Positions 11,665-23,790 of a DNA stretch of 64,000 bases are shown piece after piece (position 1 is the first letter of the stretch; each line of letters opens with the position of its first letter). Where the stretch lies: NCBI RefSeq assembly GCF_020745735.1, contig NC_083445.1, positions 2,108,001-2,172,000 on the forward strand, in the 5' to 3' direction. Under the pieces are notes generated by a model that worked only from the letters and a program-made list of their open reading frames with translations, made no database searches and was not told the origin of the DNA. The position numbers were made by a program, and so were the translations under genes. Source of the DNA: Hemiscyllium ocellatum. Its lineage: Eukaryota.

Positions 11665-14465
11665 AGGTAGGCAATAGGGAAGTGGTGATGGGAGATTTTA
11701 ATTTTCCCGACATTTACTGGGATACACTAAACGTCAGAGGTCTGGATGGGGTAGAAATTGTAAGATACGTCCAGGAGAGTTTTCTAGAGCAGTATGCGAG
11801 TAGTCTGATGAGGGAAGGGGCCATATTGGACCTGATACTGAGGAACGATCCAGGACAGGTGGTAGATGTTGCGGTGGGGGATTTCTTTGGGAACAGTGAC
11901 CACAATTTTGTAAGTCTTAGAATACTCGTGGATAAAGAAGAGAGTGGTCCTAAGGGAAGAGTACTAAACTGGGCCAAGGTCAATTATATCAAAATTAGGC
12001 AGGAGCTGGGAAATGTGAAATGGACACAGCTATTTGAAGGGAAGTCTACATTTGAGATGTAGGAGGCTTTCAAAGATAGGTTAAAGGTAGTGTAGGTTAG
12101 GCATGTCCCAATGAAGGCAAAGGATAGGAAGGGCAAGATTCGTGAACCATGGATGACAGGAGAAATTGTATGACTAGCCAAGAGGAAAAGGGAAGCATAC
12201 ATCAGGTCTTGGCAGCTAAGAACAGAATGGGCCCTGGAAAAATATCGAAAGAGCAGGACAAGTCTTAAATGAGGAATCAAGCGGCCTAAAAGGGGTCATT
12301 TAATAGCTTTAGCAAGCAGAATTAAGGAGAATCCCAAAGCATCTTATTCTTTTATAAGAAACAAGCGGGTAACTAGAGAAAGGATTGGTCCACTAAAGGA
12401 TAACGAAGGGAGGCTGTCTGTCAAGCCTGAAAGAATGGGTGAGATTCTGAATGATTACTTTGCATCAGTGTTCAATGAAGAGAGGAACATGATGAATCCT
12501 GAGATTAGAGATAGAAGTTTTATTAGTCTGGCTTACGTTGACATAAGGGAAGATGTGTTGGGTAGGCTAGAGGTTATTAAGGTGGACAAATGCCCAGGAC
12601 TGGATGGGATCTATCCCAGGTTGCTGAGGGAGGCAAGAGAGGAAATAGCTGGGTCCTGACAGATTTAGATTAGATTAGATTACTTATAGTGTGGACACAG
12701 GCACTTCAGCCCAACAAGTCCACACCGACCCGCCGAAGCGGAACCCACCCAGACCCATTCCCCTACATTTACCCCTGCCCCTTACACTACGGGCAATTTA
12801 ACATGGCCAATTCACCTAACCTGCATGTTTTTGGACTGTGGGAGGAAACCGGAGCATCCGGAGGAAACCCACACAGACACGGGGAGAATGTGCAAACTCC
12901 ACACAATCAATCGCCTGAGGCGGGAATTGAACCCAAGTCTCTGGCACTGTGAGGCAGCAATGCTAACCATTGTGCCACCATGCCGCCCATAATTCCCATT
13001 TTTTTGTGGCATCCTTAAATACAGGTGAGGTGCCGGAAGACTGGAGGGTTGCTCATGTTGTCCCCTGTACAAGAACGGTAGTAGGGATATTCTGGATAAC
13101 TACAGACCAGTGAGCCTGACATCGGTGGTGGGAAGGTTGCTGGAGAAGGTACTGAGGGTTAGGATGTATTTATATTTAGAAAAGAATGGGCTTATCAGTA
13201 ATAGGCAACAGGGTTTTGTGCAGGGGAGATCATGCCTTACCAACTTAATACAGTTCTTTGAGGAAGTGACCAAGTTGATAGATGAAGGAAGGACTATTGA
13301 TGTCATATACATGGATTTTAGTAAGGCGTTTGATGAGGTTCCCCATTGTAGAATAATGGAGAAATTGAAGTCATATGGTGTGCTTGGTGTTGTAGCTAGG
13401 TGAATAAAGAACTGGTTGAGAAACAGGAGACAGAGAGTACTAGTTGAAGGGAGTTTCTTGAAATGGAGAAGTGGTGTTCCACAGGGGTCAGTGTTGGGGC
13501 CACTGCTGTTTGTAATATATACAAAAGATCTGGAAGAGCACGCTGTTGGTATGATCAGCAAGTTTGCGGATGACACGAAGATTGGTGGAGTAACAGAAAG
13601 CATAAGGGACTGCCAGAGAATACAGGAGAATATAGATAGAGAGTTGGGCAGAAAAGTGGCTGATGGTTTTCAATCCAGACAAATGTGAGGTGATGCATTT
13701 AGGCAAGATTAATTCTAGAGCGAATTATAGAAAGAATGGAAGAGCCTTGAGAAAAGTTGATGGGCAGAGAGATCTGGGAGTGCAGGTTCATTGTACCCTG
13801 AAGGTTGCTGCACAGGTGGATAGAGTGGTCAAGAAGGCATATAGTATGCTTGCCTTCATTGGACAGGGTATTGAGTATAAGAGCTGGCAAGTCATGTTAA
13901 CATTGTACAAGACATTGGTTCGGCTGCATTTAGAATGCTGTGTACAGTTCTAGTTGCCACATTACCAAAAGGATGTGGACACTTTGGAGAGGATGCAGAG
14001 AAGGTTTACGAGGATGTTGCCTGGTATGGAAAGTACTAGCTATGAAGAAAGGTTGAATAGGTTAGGTTTGTTCTCATTAGAAAAAAGGAGATTGAGGGGG
14101 GACCTGATTGAGGTTTACAAAATCATGAAGGGTATAGACAGGGTGGATAGAGACAAGCTTTTTCCCAGGGTGAAGGATTCAATAACGAGAGGTCACGTTT
14201 TCAAGGTGAGAGGTGGAAAGTTTAAGGGGAATACATGCCGCAAACACTTCACACAGAGGGTAGTGGGCGTTTGGAACATGTTGCCAGCAGAGGTGGTAGA
14301 GGCGGGCACGGTAGATTCATTTAAGATGCTTCCGGATAAATGCATGAGTAGGTGGGGAGCAGAGGGATACAAATGCTTAAGAATTGACCGCCAGGTTTAG
14401 GCAGGACATTTGGATCGGCTCAGGCTTGGGAGGGGGGGGTGCAAAGGGCCTGTTCCTGGGCTGGA
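11665..14465 (+). mobile_element. CR1 ORF2 fragment through 3' end, interrupted by a SINE
   Basis: Motifs VMGDFNFPDI, LDLILRND, SDHN, DFSKAFD, GVPQGSVLGP, KFADDTK and the C-terminal FTQRVV. The SINE at 12662-12988 splits the ORF. Confidence 0.9.
12662..12988 (-). mobile_element. HE1-type V-SINE, full length
   Basis: Reverse complement starts GGGCGGCATGGTGGCACAATGGTTAGC, contains the V-domain and ends in an (AATCT)n tail. Confidence 0.95.
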
Positions 14466-14921
14466 AATTTTCTTTGTTCTTTATATCAAAGGACACAGCA
14501 GAATATAAACCAAATGGAAAGTTAGGTGGAGAAATGGAAGATGGAGTTTAATCCAGATAAGTTGAGTGATGCACTTTAGGAGATCAATTGCCCTAACACC
14601 CTTGAAATAAGGCCAACATTCTATTACCCTTCTTGATTCCTGCGGCACCTATGTTGCAGATTTCTGCAGTTTTTCTCCATTAAAGTAATATTTTATTCTT
14701 TTGTTCTCCTTTCCAAAGTGAATAACTTCACATTTTCCCACATTATACTCCATTTACCAACTTTTTGCTAACCACAGTACATTTGCTTCCTCCTTTTATA
14801 TCATAAACAGTTGCTGTCCCAGCACTAATTCATGTGGGACCTAACTGGTCACAGGTCGCCAACTTTAAAAAGAACCCTTTATCCCCACACACTGTTTCTT
14901 GCTTATTAGTCAATTCTCGAT

Positions 14922-15870
14922 CCACCCAATTCTTCCTTCCCACCTGTCCCCACCCATCTATCTTCCTTCCCACCTGTCCCCACCCGTCAATCTTCCTTCC
15001 CACCTGTCTATCTTCCTTCCCACCTGTCCCCACCCGTCAATCTTCCTTCCCACCTGTCCCCACCCGTCAATCTCTCTCCCAACCTGTCCCCACCCATCTA
15101 TCTTCCTTCCTACATGACCCCACCCGTCTATCTTCCTTCCCACCTGTCCCCATCTGTCTATCTTTCTCCTCACCTGTCCCCACCCGTCAATCTTCCTTCC
15201 TACCTGTCCACACCCGTCTATCTTCCTTCCCACCTGTCCCCACCCGTCTATCTCCCTCCCCAATGTTCCCATCTGTCTATCTTCCTCCCCACCTGTCCCC
15301 ACCCGTCTACCTTCCTCCCCACCATCTATCTTCCTCCCCACCCGTCTATCTTCCTTCCCACCTGTCCCCATCTGTCTATCTTCCTCCCCACCTGTCCCCA
15401 CCCGTCTATCTTCCTTCCCACCTGTCCCCACCTGTCTATCTTCCTTCCCACCTGTCCCCATCTGTCTATCTTCCTCCCCACCTGTCCCCACCCGTCTATC
15501 TTCCTTCCCACCTGTCCCCACCCGTCTATCTCCCTCCCCACCTGTCCCCACTCGTCTATCTCCCTCCCCACCTGTCCCCATCCGTCTATATTCCTCCCCA
15601 TCTGTCCCCACCCATCTATCTCCCTCCCCAATGTTCCCATCTGTCTATCTCCCTCCCCACCTGTCCCCATCCGTCTATATTCCTTCCCACCTATCCTGAC
15701 CCGCCTATCTTCCTCCCCACCTGTTCCCACCTGTCTATCTTCCTCCCCACATGTCCCCACCCGGCAGTCTTCATTCCCAACTATCCCCACCTGTCTATCT
15801 TCCTTACCACCTATCCTCACCCATCTGTCTTCTTTCCCACCTTCCCCACCTGTCTATCCTCCTTCCCATC
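14922..15870 (+). repeat. 30-bp C-rich minisatellite, about 31 units
   Basis: Consensus CACCTGTCCCCACCCGTCTATCTTCCTTCC. It resembles the PLE 3' UTR segment near 4685-4705 and runs directly into PLE 3' UTR sequence at about 15870. Confidence 0.95.
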
Positions 15871-16060
15871 TATCCGCTCCACCCTCCTGTCCGACCTATT
15901 ATCCTTACCCCCCCACCTCCAACCACCTATTGCACACTCAGCTCCCTTGTCCCCAGCCCCACCTCTCTCCCATTTATGTCTCCATCCCCGAGGCTCCCAG
16001 CCTCATTCTTAATGAAGGGCTCCAGCCTGGAATGTCAATTTTCCTGCTCCTTGGATGCTG
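15870..16060 (+). mobile_element. Penelope-like 3' UTR/terminus with degenerate hammerhead
   Basis: ...GAGGCTCCCAGCCTCATTCTTAATGAAGGGC...TTTTCCTGCTCCTTGGATGCTG matches the terminus at 48665-48735. Confidence 0.8.
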
Positions 16061-16730
16061 AGGAAGATAGATGGGTGGGGACAGGTGGGAAGGAAGATTA
16101 ATGGGTGGGGACAGGTGGGGAGGAAGATAGACAAGTGGGATAGGTGGGGAGGGAGATAGACGGGTGGGGACAGGTGGGGAGGGAGATAGACGGGTGGGGA
16201 CAGGTGGGGAGGGAGATTGACGGGTGGGGACAGGTGGGAAGGAAGATAGACGGGTGGGGACAGGTGGGGAGGGACATAGACGGGTGGGGACAGGTGGGGA
16301 GGATGATTGACGGGTGGGGGCAGGTGGGAAGGAAGATAGACGGGTGGGGACAGGTGGGGAGGAAGATAGGCGGGTCAGGATAGGTGGGAAGGAATATAGA
16401 CGGATGGGGACAGGTGGGGAGGGAGATAGACGAGTGGGGACAGGTGGGGAGGGAGATAGACGGGTGGTGACAGGTGGGAAAGAAAATAGATGGGTGGGGA
16501 CAGATGGGGAGGAAGATAGACGGGTGAGGATAGTTGGGAATGAAGACTGCCGGGTGGGGACAGGTGGGGAGGAAGATAGACGGGTGGGGACAGGTGGGGA
16601 GGAAGATAGACGGGTGAGGATAGTTGGGAATGAAGACTGCCGGGTGGGGACAGATGGGGAGGAAGATAGACGGGTGGAGACAGGTGGGGAGGAAGATAGA
16701 CGGGTGGAGACAGGTGGGGAGGAAGATAGA
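16061..16730 (-). repeat. Inverted copy of the 30-bp minisatellite, about 22 units
   Basis: (GAGGAAGATAGACGGGTGGGGACAGGTGGG)n is the reverse complement of the left array and shares its rare variant units. Confidence 0.95.
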
Positions 16731-16799
16731 AGCTCCAGCAACACTGAAAAAGAATTCTTGACACCATCTAGGACAAAGCAGGCTGTGTGATTGGCCTTT

Positions 16800-17165
16800 C
16801 CTCCACCTCTGAGGCACAGTAGCTTCAGTGTGTGCATCTATAAAGTATAATGCAGTATCTTACCAATGCTCCTTTGACAGCACCTTCCAAATCTACAACC
16901 TCTATCACCTAGAAGAACTAAGACTAAGGACACATGGCAACATCACCACAATAATGTCCCCTCCAAGGCTCATATGTCATCCTGAAATTGAATTAAATGA
17001 ATGTTTCTTCAATGTTTGGGTTAACCATTTGGATATCTCTACGCCACAATGATCGCAGCAGTATAACCCTGTCCAGGCCAGCTTTGATTGCCCATTCCTA
17101 ATTTGGTAGTAAATGCTGGCTTTGCCAGTGGCAATGGCATCCCACAAACAAATAAATAAAACATT
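16800..17165 (+). mobile_element. Degraded LINE 3' end (same family as 28760-29550)
   Basis: GACAGCACCTTCCAAATCTACAACCTC...AAATGCTGGCTTTGCCAGTG...AAATAAA. Minus-strand pieces of the same family lie at about 17500-19070. Confidence 0.55.
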
Positions 17166-18356
17166 GAACAATGAGAGAAATCTAGTCAGTAAATCATCTC
17201 TCGGTTTGAATCATCTGTCAAACCTTTGGGGTGACTCAAATGAATATTCAGAAATGTGCTAAATCTTTGCTTTGGTTCTGGTGGTGATGGAGGAAAGGAT
17301 AGAAGAAGCAGGTTTCCAAATCCTGAAAATACTCCAAAGAGAAATAGCGACACATTAAGATTTTGATGGAGATTTCCCTGTCCACCTAAACACAACAAGC
17401 AAGCTTTCAGAACTGAAGAGCCAATCAGAACCCTTCCATTTTGAAAGAAGAAGCATATGGCAGTAAGGAAGTGATTTTACAAAAATCATTCACAAGATAT
17501 AAGCACTGCTGACTAAGCCAACATTAGTGCTCCTCCCAAATTGTCCTTGAGAAGGTGGTAGTAAGCTGCCTTCTTGAACCCTGTTATGCACATGGTACAA
17601 GTACACTCACACTGCGGTTAAGGAAGGGAGTTCAAAGATTCTGCCCTTGTGAAGAATCAGTGATATATGTCCAAGTGAGGAGGTTGTGTGATTTGGGGGG
17701 TTGTTTTTGGGAGCCCACACACCTGCATCTGTTGTCCTTGGGTTGCTAGGTGGTAGATGTTATAAGTTAGGAAATTAATAAGTTAGGTTCTGTTAAAGAA
17801 GGAAGGATGAGTTATTGCAATGTACAACTACTACCACTGTGTGTTGATAGTTTAAGGAATTAACCTTGTCACCTCATTCACCACCTTCAAACAAGCTGCC
17901 TGCTTTTGCTGGATGCTTCCTGAGTGGTTGTTTGAAGCTGCACCCATTCAGGCAAATGTATTCCTATATTCTTGTATTCGGCTACGCAAGAAATAAAATC
18001 GAATCAAATCTAATCTGGTCCACTCAATCACCTGAAGCATGGTGACTCTTAGGTTAAACCACCACTATATGTCCCTCTCTGATCAAAGAGTAGCCTTTGG
18101 TCAGGTGAGATTATGGCAACTTGACCTTACCCCCCGATGCTGACAGTAAAAGAATTAAGGCCATTGAATGTCAAGAGCAGATGGACAGATTCTACCTTGG
18201 TCATTGCTTGAAACCTGTGTGGTATAAATGCTACTTGACACCTAACAGCCCAAGTCAGGATTCTGTCCAGGACACATTGCATTTGGACATGGACTGCTTC
18301 AGTGAGGAGTTGCAAATGGTGCTGAACATTGTGTAATCTTCAATGACTATCTCATT

Positions 18357-18655
18357 CAAAGTTAAAAGTCACACAATACCAGGTTATAGTCCACCAGGTT
18401 TAATTGGAAGCACTAGCTTTCAGAGGGCCACTCCTTCATCAGGTGGTTGTGGAGGACACAATCGTAAGACAGAACTTATAGCAGAATTTATTGCTATAAA
18501 TTCTGTGTCTTATAATTGTGTCCTTCACAACTACCTGATGAAGGAGCAGCGCTCCGAAAGCCAGTGCTTCCAATTAAATCTGTTGGACTATAACCTGGTG
18601 TTGTGTGACTTTTAACTTTGTACACCCCAGTCCAACACTGGCATCTCCAAATCAT
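18357..18655. mobile_element. Fold-back PLE family-B terminus (inverted pair, two hammerhead motifs)
   Basis: Arms 18357-18483 and 18492-18620 are reverse complements around the 8-nt loop GAATTTAT. Hammerhead motifs lie at 18411-18445 (-) and 18532-18566 (+). Confidence 0.85.
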
Positions 18656-21143
18656 TCCATTCATAATCTTATGATAGAAGGAAGGTCCAGAGCTTAAATC
18701 TGATCCGTTAGTTGTATGATCAGTTAGTTCTGTCAATCACATACTCCTTCCACTATTTGGCAAATAACTTGCCCTGCACTGTGACATCGCTATGCTGACA
18801 CCTTGGTTTTAGACATTGCTAGTGCTGCTCTTGGCATGTCCTTTTGCTCTCTTCATTGAACCTGTTTGATACCCTGGTTGATGATAATGGTAGAGTAGGA
18901 AATATGGCAAGCCACAAGATTGCACATTGTGTTAAAGTACAATTCTGCTGTGGCCTAATGGTCCACAACACCTCATGAATGTCCAATTTTCAGTTTCTAT
19001 TCAAAATCTATTGCATTCAGCACAGTGATAGTACCACATAACATGATGGAGGGTTTCCTCAGTGTTGTAAAGCAACGTTTTTTTTAGACTAGATTCAAAA
19101 ATAAGAAAATCCTTTGCTTTAAACTGAAGGACTGTGAAAAGAGTTGTTGCAGTTTTTTTTGAAAAAGCAAGTTCCTGGAGTGCATTGTGTGTTGCATCTA
19201 CAAGGTGGCCTTATTAAAGTCTTGGGGAAGATATTACAATCCTTGGCTCTATGGGTGACAGTCCAAGGGAAAGATTCCCCAGTAACAGACGTATTTGTCT
19301 TTTACCTTGGACTAGTTGCTTGTGTACAGAATTAATCAGCTTCCTAATAACTTTTTGATTGGTTCTGGCCAAGTTGCTACAACCTGTTCTGATGAAGGGT
19401 AACTGGATACCAAACGTTAATTTTGTTTTAACTCTACAGGTGCCACCAGATCTGCTGAATTTCTTCAGTGAAATAAGTCCATTGAGGCCAATATCCCAAA
19501 ACTAAATCATCCTTTTTTTATAAATGGAAAGTCCTTGACAATAATCCAGCTCACTTAGAGTCAGATCTCATAGTTAACAGGTTATCTGATATGCTTGTTT
19601 ATTTATATCTGTCAGCCATGGCTCCCTGCTTGGACCAGGTTAACAGCCCCAGTCAGGGAATTCATGTCCTATGAGGTCCACCAGGCTGACCTTGTTACAG
19701 TAACTACGTCTAGCACTTCTGTTTTTTCTGCAACTTTATGTTTGGACAACACAGCAGAAACATTCAGCTTGTGAAGGAGAAAACATCTCTTTCTCTCTCC
19801 CCCTTTAGTGAGTGCAGAAGAAAAAGATCATTCTGAGCGGTTAACTAATTTCTCTCTCAGCAAACTTCCTTCTTGATAGGATAAAGGGACACTGAAACAG
19901 AGACACTGAAAGAGCGAATCCTCAATCGATGAATGAATGGTTGGGAATTGGTGCACACCATAGCCTCATGTCCCTTGAAAAGGTTGAAAAGGAGCTGAAG
20001 TCTTCATCAAAATAAAACACAATCCATTCTGAAGAATTGTCACAGAGCTCGAAATATTAACTCGAATTTCCTTCCACAGATGCTGCCAGACCAGCTGAGT
20101 TTCACAAACACCTTTTATTTGTGTGCATTGAAAAACAGATCTCATCAATACCTGGACTGATTCTAGAACTGTGCTGTTCCTTTCCCACTAGCATTATTTG
20201 TGTTTTGTCTCTTAATATGTCTGTTTGTATGTAAATGGCAATTTTTTCACTAGGTTCAGAAGTTCAGAAAGTTATAGGTTAGCAATTAGTGTTTTTTTCT
20301 GCCATGGGATAATAACAATCTGTTTCCAATAAATAGCTGTTTATTTACTATTTTTTGATGATTGTTTTCTTTTAACCTGACAACATCAGTCATCTACACT
20401 GGGGACTTTTCATAGCCAGTTTAAATCCTTTCACTTTGTGATCACTCGAGGAAAAGTGGGGCTTGGTTTCCAGTAAAGTGCTGCAGTGAGTCATGGCAAT
20501 GTTTGAGGGCAAATCCAGGGTTTTGGAACAAAGACAATTTAAGATTGGATGTGGAGTTAGCATGAGTGACAAAGGCTTAAAAGATAAACACCAAGGCTTG
20601 TACTACAAAGATAAGATGGCACTGGAAATTGTAAAGGCTTTCTATAACTGTTCCTGATTAACTTACCTTGATATTTATGATCTCTTTTAATGAAATTGGA
20701 AGATAAATTAGAAGTGACACTGCCTGTCAGATCTAAAAATGCACAGCTAATTGATGGATTAGCACAGCATTTGCACTTGACAGAGATACTCTATTCCTGA
20801 GATGCTGCCTAACCTGCTGTGCTTTGACCAGCAACACATTTGCAGCTGTGATCTCCAGCATCTGCAGACCTCATTTTTTACTCAGAGATACAGGAGATAC
20901 CAAGTACTCCAAATAGTGAGATGTTAGAATCAGTTTATATTGAGTTACAAATAAAAAAGTTTCAGCATGTGAAAAAATTGCAGAAGTTGGAGTTTGAAAT
21001 GATCATTAGAATACTAGAATTAAAACTACAAAGGCAAAGAGAAGGAAGGCAGGAGAGAAAGCTGACAACTATGAGCTTAAAATGATGTTGTATGTAAAAA
21101 GAGAATGCTGCTGCTTATTCTGATAGGGAAAATCCTAGTCATA

Positions 21144-21324
21144 GTAAAAAGTGAATTCTGCAGATGCTGGAGATCAGAGCTGAAAATGTGTTGCTGGTTA
21201 AAGCGCAGCAGGTCAGGCAGCATCCAAGGAACAGGAAACTCGACGTTTCGGGCAAAAGCCCTTCATCATCGTTGCCCAAAACGTCAAGTTTCCTGTTCCT
21301 TGGATGCTGCCTGACCTGCTGCGC
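21144..21324 (-). mobile_element. Hammerhead-headed PLE mini-insertion with internal inversion and 15-bp TSD
   Basis: AAAATCCTAGTCATA at 21129-21143 and 21325-21339. Inverted arms at 21203-21255 and 21272-21324. Confidence 0.9.
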
Positions 21325-22284
21325 AAAATCCTAGTCATAATCTAAAATCCATTGAGGCAACTTTTAAGGTTGTACAGGTCATACCAAAATTTGAGGAAAA
21401 GAATGTGGAAGCATTCTTCATGTCATTGGAAAAACTAGACAAATGAAACAACTAAAGTAAAACTGAACATTGTTCACAGGATATTTATGTATCATTGTCA
21501 GAGGAGATTTCTAGGAATTAAGGCAGTATACAAGAACTATACTGGGAGCATGAGACAGTTCAGGAAGCATACAGGAAAAGTTTTGAAATTTACGTAAACA
21601 GCTTGGACAAACCTGCCAAGGATTTCAAAAGGTTAAGCAAAGCAATTTTGATATAAATATATGAACATTAGAAGTTGAAACCACATACAAAGTTCTCCGA
21701 GAGATCATTCTCTTAGAAAAATATTAATAACTTTTGTAATAAAAACCCTTGTTGAAGCCCAACTTGTTGCAACTAATAAACAGAGATGGCTGACAATTAT
21801 GAGCTGATCTATAAAACTAAACCATGTTTCCCTCAACCACATAAACTTAAAAAGGATAGAGAATGGGAGAGTGAAAGGAAGGTAAATTGCCAGGGTATAA
21901 AAAAGGACAGCTAGGAATGCCCCAAAAGCTCTTCTCCAGATCAGAAAGGAAGGTGCTGAGGAATGATGTGTGGGTGCAGAAACAAGTTTTGGCAAAGATT
22001 TTATCAAATACCAGGAGAGAAAACAGAAGTAACAATGGAGTACAAAAAGAAAGGTTAGAATGGAAATCCAATCGGAGAGAGGAACAGAACTTACCAGTCC
22101 TTACAATTATAGATTGGACAATAATAATTAAGGTAGTAGTGGAAAAGTTAACTCAGTATTGTTCTTGATATGGACTACCAATTGAAATACAATCTGACTA
22201 AGGTTCCAACATTGTGACTAAAATTTTCCAGGATAATGATTGGTAATTTGGGTATAAAATAGCTGAAGTCTACCAAAAATATAG

Positions 22285-22680
22285 AAGAAACATGGGAGCT
22301 GCAAATCAGAAATAAAAACAGAAATTGCTCGAAACATTCAGCAAGTCTGGCAGTATCTGTGGAGAGAAATCAGAATTAATAATGCGGGATCAGGGACCCT
22401 TCTTCAGAACTGATGGAAGCTAGGAAAAAGTTGATATTTACTCAGGACATTGGCTGGGGCCGGAGAGGAGAAACGATAAGTGAAGATAAAGACCAAAGAG
22501 AAAGAAAAACAGTTGGAAAGACATAGAAATGGCTAAAAGTCAGTCTGGGGGCAATGAATACCTCCTAATTGGGGCTATTGGTAGCTGATAAAGTTGTAGC
22601 AGCCTGTGTGATAACAAGGCCTGGTGTGCAGGTCTTGGGGTAAAGAGGTGGCCTCAAACCCTAAAATTGTTGAATTCAAT
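22285..22680 (-). mobile_element. Penelope-like element 3' end (family C): last codons, 3' UTR and decayed hammerhead
   Basis: Minus strand 22680-22654 reads IEFNNFRV*, like the PLE C-terminal motif N-x-[DE]-F-x-x-F seen at about 4590 and 48450. GTTCTGAAGAAGGGTCCCTGATCCC lies at about 22385-22410, followed by the tail ACAGATACTGCCAGACTTGCTGA. Confidence 0.7.
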
Positions 22681-22682
22681 AA

Positions 22683-23510
22683 TTTTTTTTGCTTTCTCTT
22701 CAGCAAATTTTTCCTTATGCATCTTTGCATTCTTCTCATTAATTTGAGCAAACTTCTGCTCAATTTTCTTGATCTTTTCTTCCTCTTGTTGTTGAATTCT
22801 GGAACGGGTTTCCAAAACACGCTTTATTTGCATTTCCCATTTATTTTAAACTCTTCCATTTTGCGTTTCTTCTCTTCCTCCACCTTTTGTATTCTTTCTT
22901 CCTCTTGTTCTCGTTTCTTCTTTAGATTTGCTAGACGGCTGTCTCTTCTTCCTTGGGATCAACTTTCAGTGGAGTGTGCATTTAATGAAGGACTTAACTA
23001 CTATGCAGCCAACAGACACTGGGGTCATCAGCAATTGGTTCTTTTGAACTGCATGGAGGAAGCTTTTGTGCTTTGGTCAAACCACTTTGCTAGCTGTAAG
23101 GTCTGGTGAAGGGGTCTTCTTTCTTGGTGAAAAGTCATCTGTTTCTAATTCTTCATTGTAATTACATACATCTGCCACTGCATGCTTATAACTACGTTTC
23201 CGTTCAACATACTGGCTATCAAGAAAAACTGGTTCGTTAGAATCACTGCTCTCTGTGATAAGATAACCTTTCTGAACTTTTGAAATTCTACATATTTCTA
23301 CATTAGCTGACACCTCCTTCTCTTGATTGTTCGTGGTAGTTTCAATGACACTTCGTGTGCATCTACATTCTTGATTTTTCAGGAACCTTGGTGGCTGATT
23401 GTTCATCTTCCTTAGCTCTTCAGTTTTAAGTGAAGCACCAAAACATTCGTCAACTCACATTGTCTCATCCATATTGTCATTATCGATGTGACAGGTGGAA
23501 GCAGAGGATT
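22683..23510 (-). pseudogene. incenp: INCENP processed-pseudogene fragment (central and SAH coiled-coil region)
   Basis: Minus translation across shifts gives [99 protein letters not shown]. This matches recalled vertebrate INCENP ([60 protein letters not shown]). It is intronless with stops and frameshifts. Confidence 0.9.
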
Positions 23511-23557
23511 CTCAAATATTCCGCTTCATGTCCATGGATATACATAAGGATTTCCAC

Positions 23558-23790
23558 ATCGGGGTGGCTCAGTGGTTAGCACTGCTGCCTCACAATGCCA
23601 GAGACCCTGGTTCAATTCCCACCTCGGGCAACTGTCTGTGTAGAGTTTGCACATCTCCCTGTATCTCCGTGGGTTTCCTCCCACAGTCCAAAGATGAGCA
23701 GTTTAGGTGAATTGGCCATGTTAAATTGCCTGTAGTGTTAGGTGCATTAGTCAGGGGTAAATGTATGGGAATGGGTCTTGCGATTTTCTA
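23558..23790 (+). mobile_element. HE1-type V-SINE
   Basis: GGTGGCTCAGTGGTTAGCACTGCTGCCTCAC head followed by the V-domain. Confidence 0.9.

Noticed and set aside
14922-16730. CRISPR-like array of about 30-bp repeats
   Set aside because: The units are contiguous with no unique spacers, there are no cas genes, and the context is vertebrate.
14834-16837. Long Pro/Ser-rich and Gly/Arg-rich ORFs (up to 392 aa) in several frames
   Set aside because: They are by-products of the stop-free 30-bp minisatellite on both strands, with no splice or domain evidence.
22624-23109. Plus-strand hydrophobic 161-aa ORF resembling a membrane protein
   Set aside because: It is the antisense shadow of the Lys/Glu-rich INCENP coiled-coil codons.
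22683-23510. Functional INCENP gene
   Set aside because: The segment is intronless and partial, lacks the IN-box, and has several stops and frameshifts.
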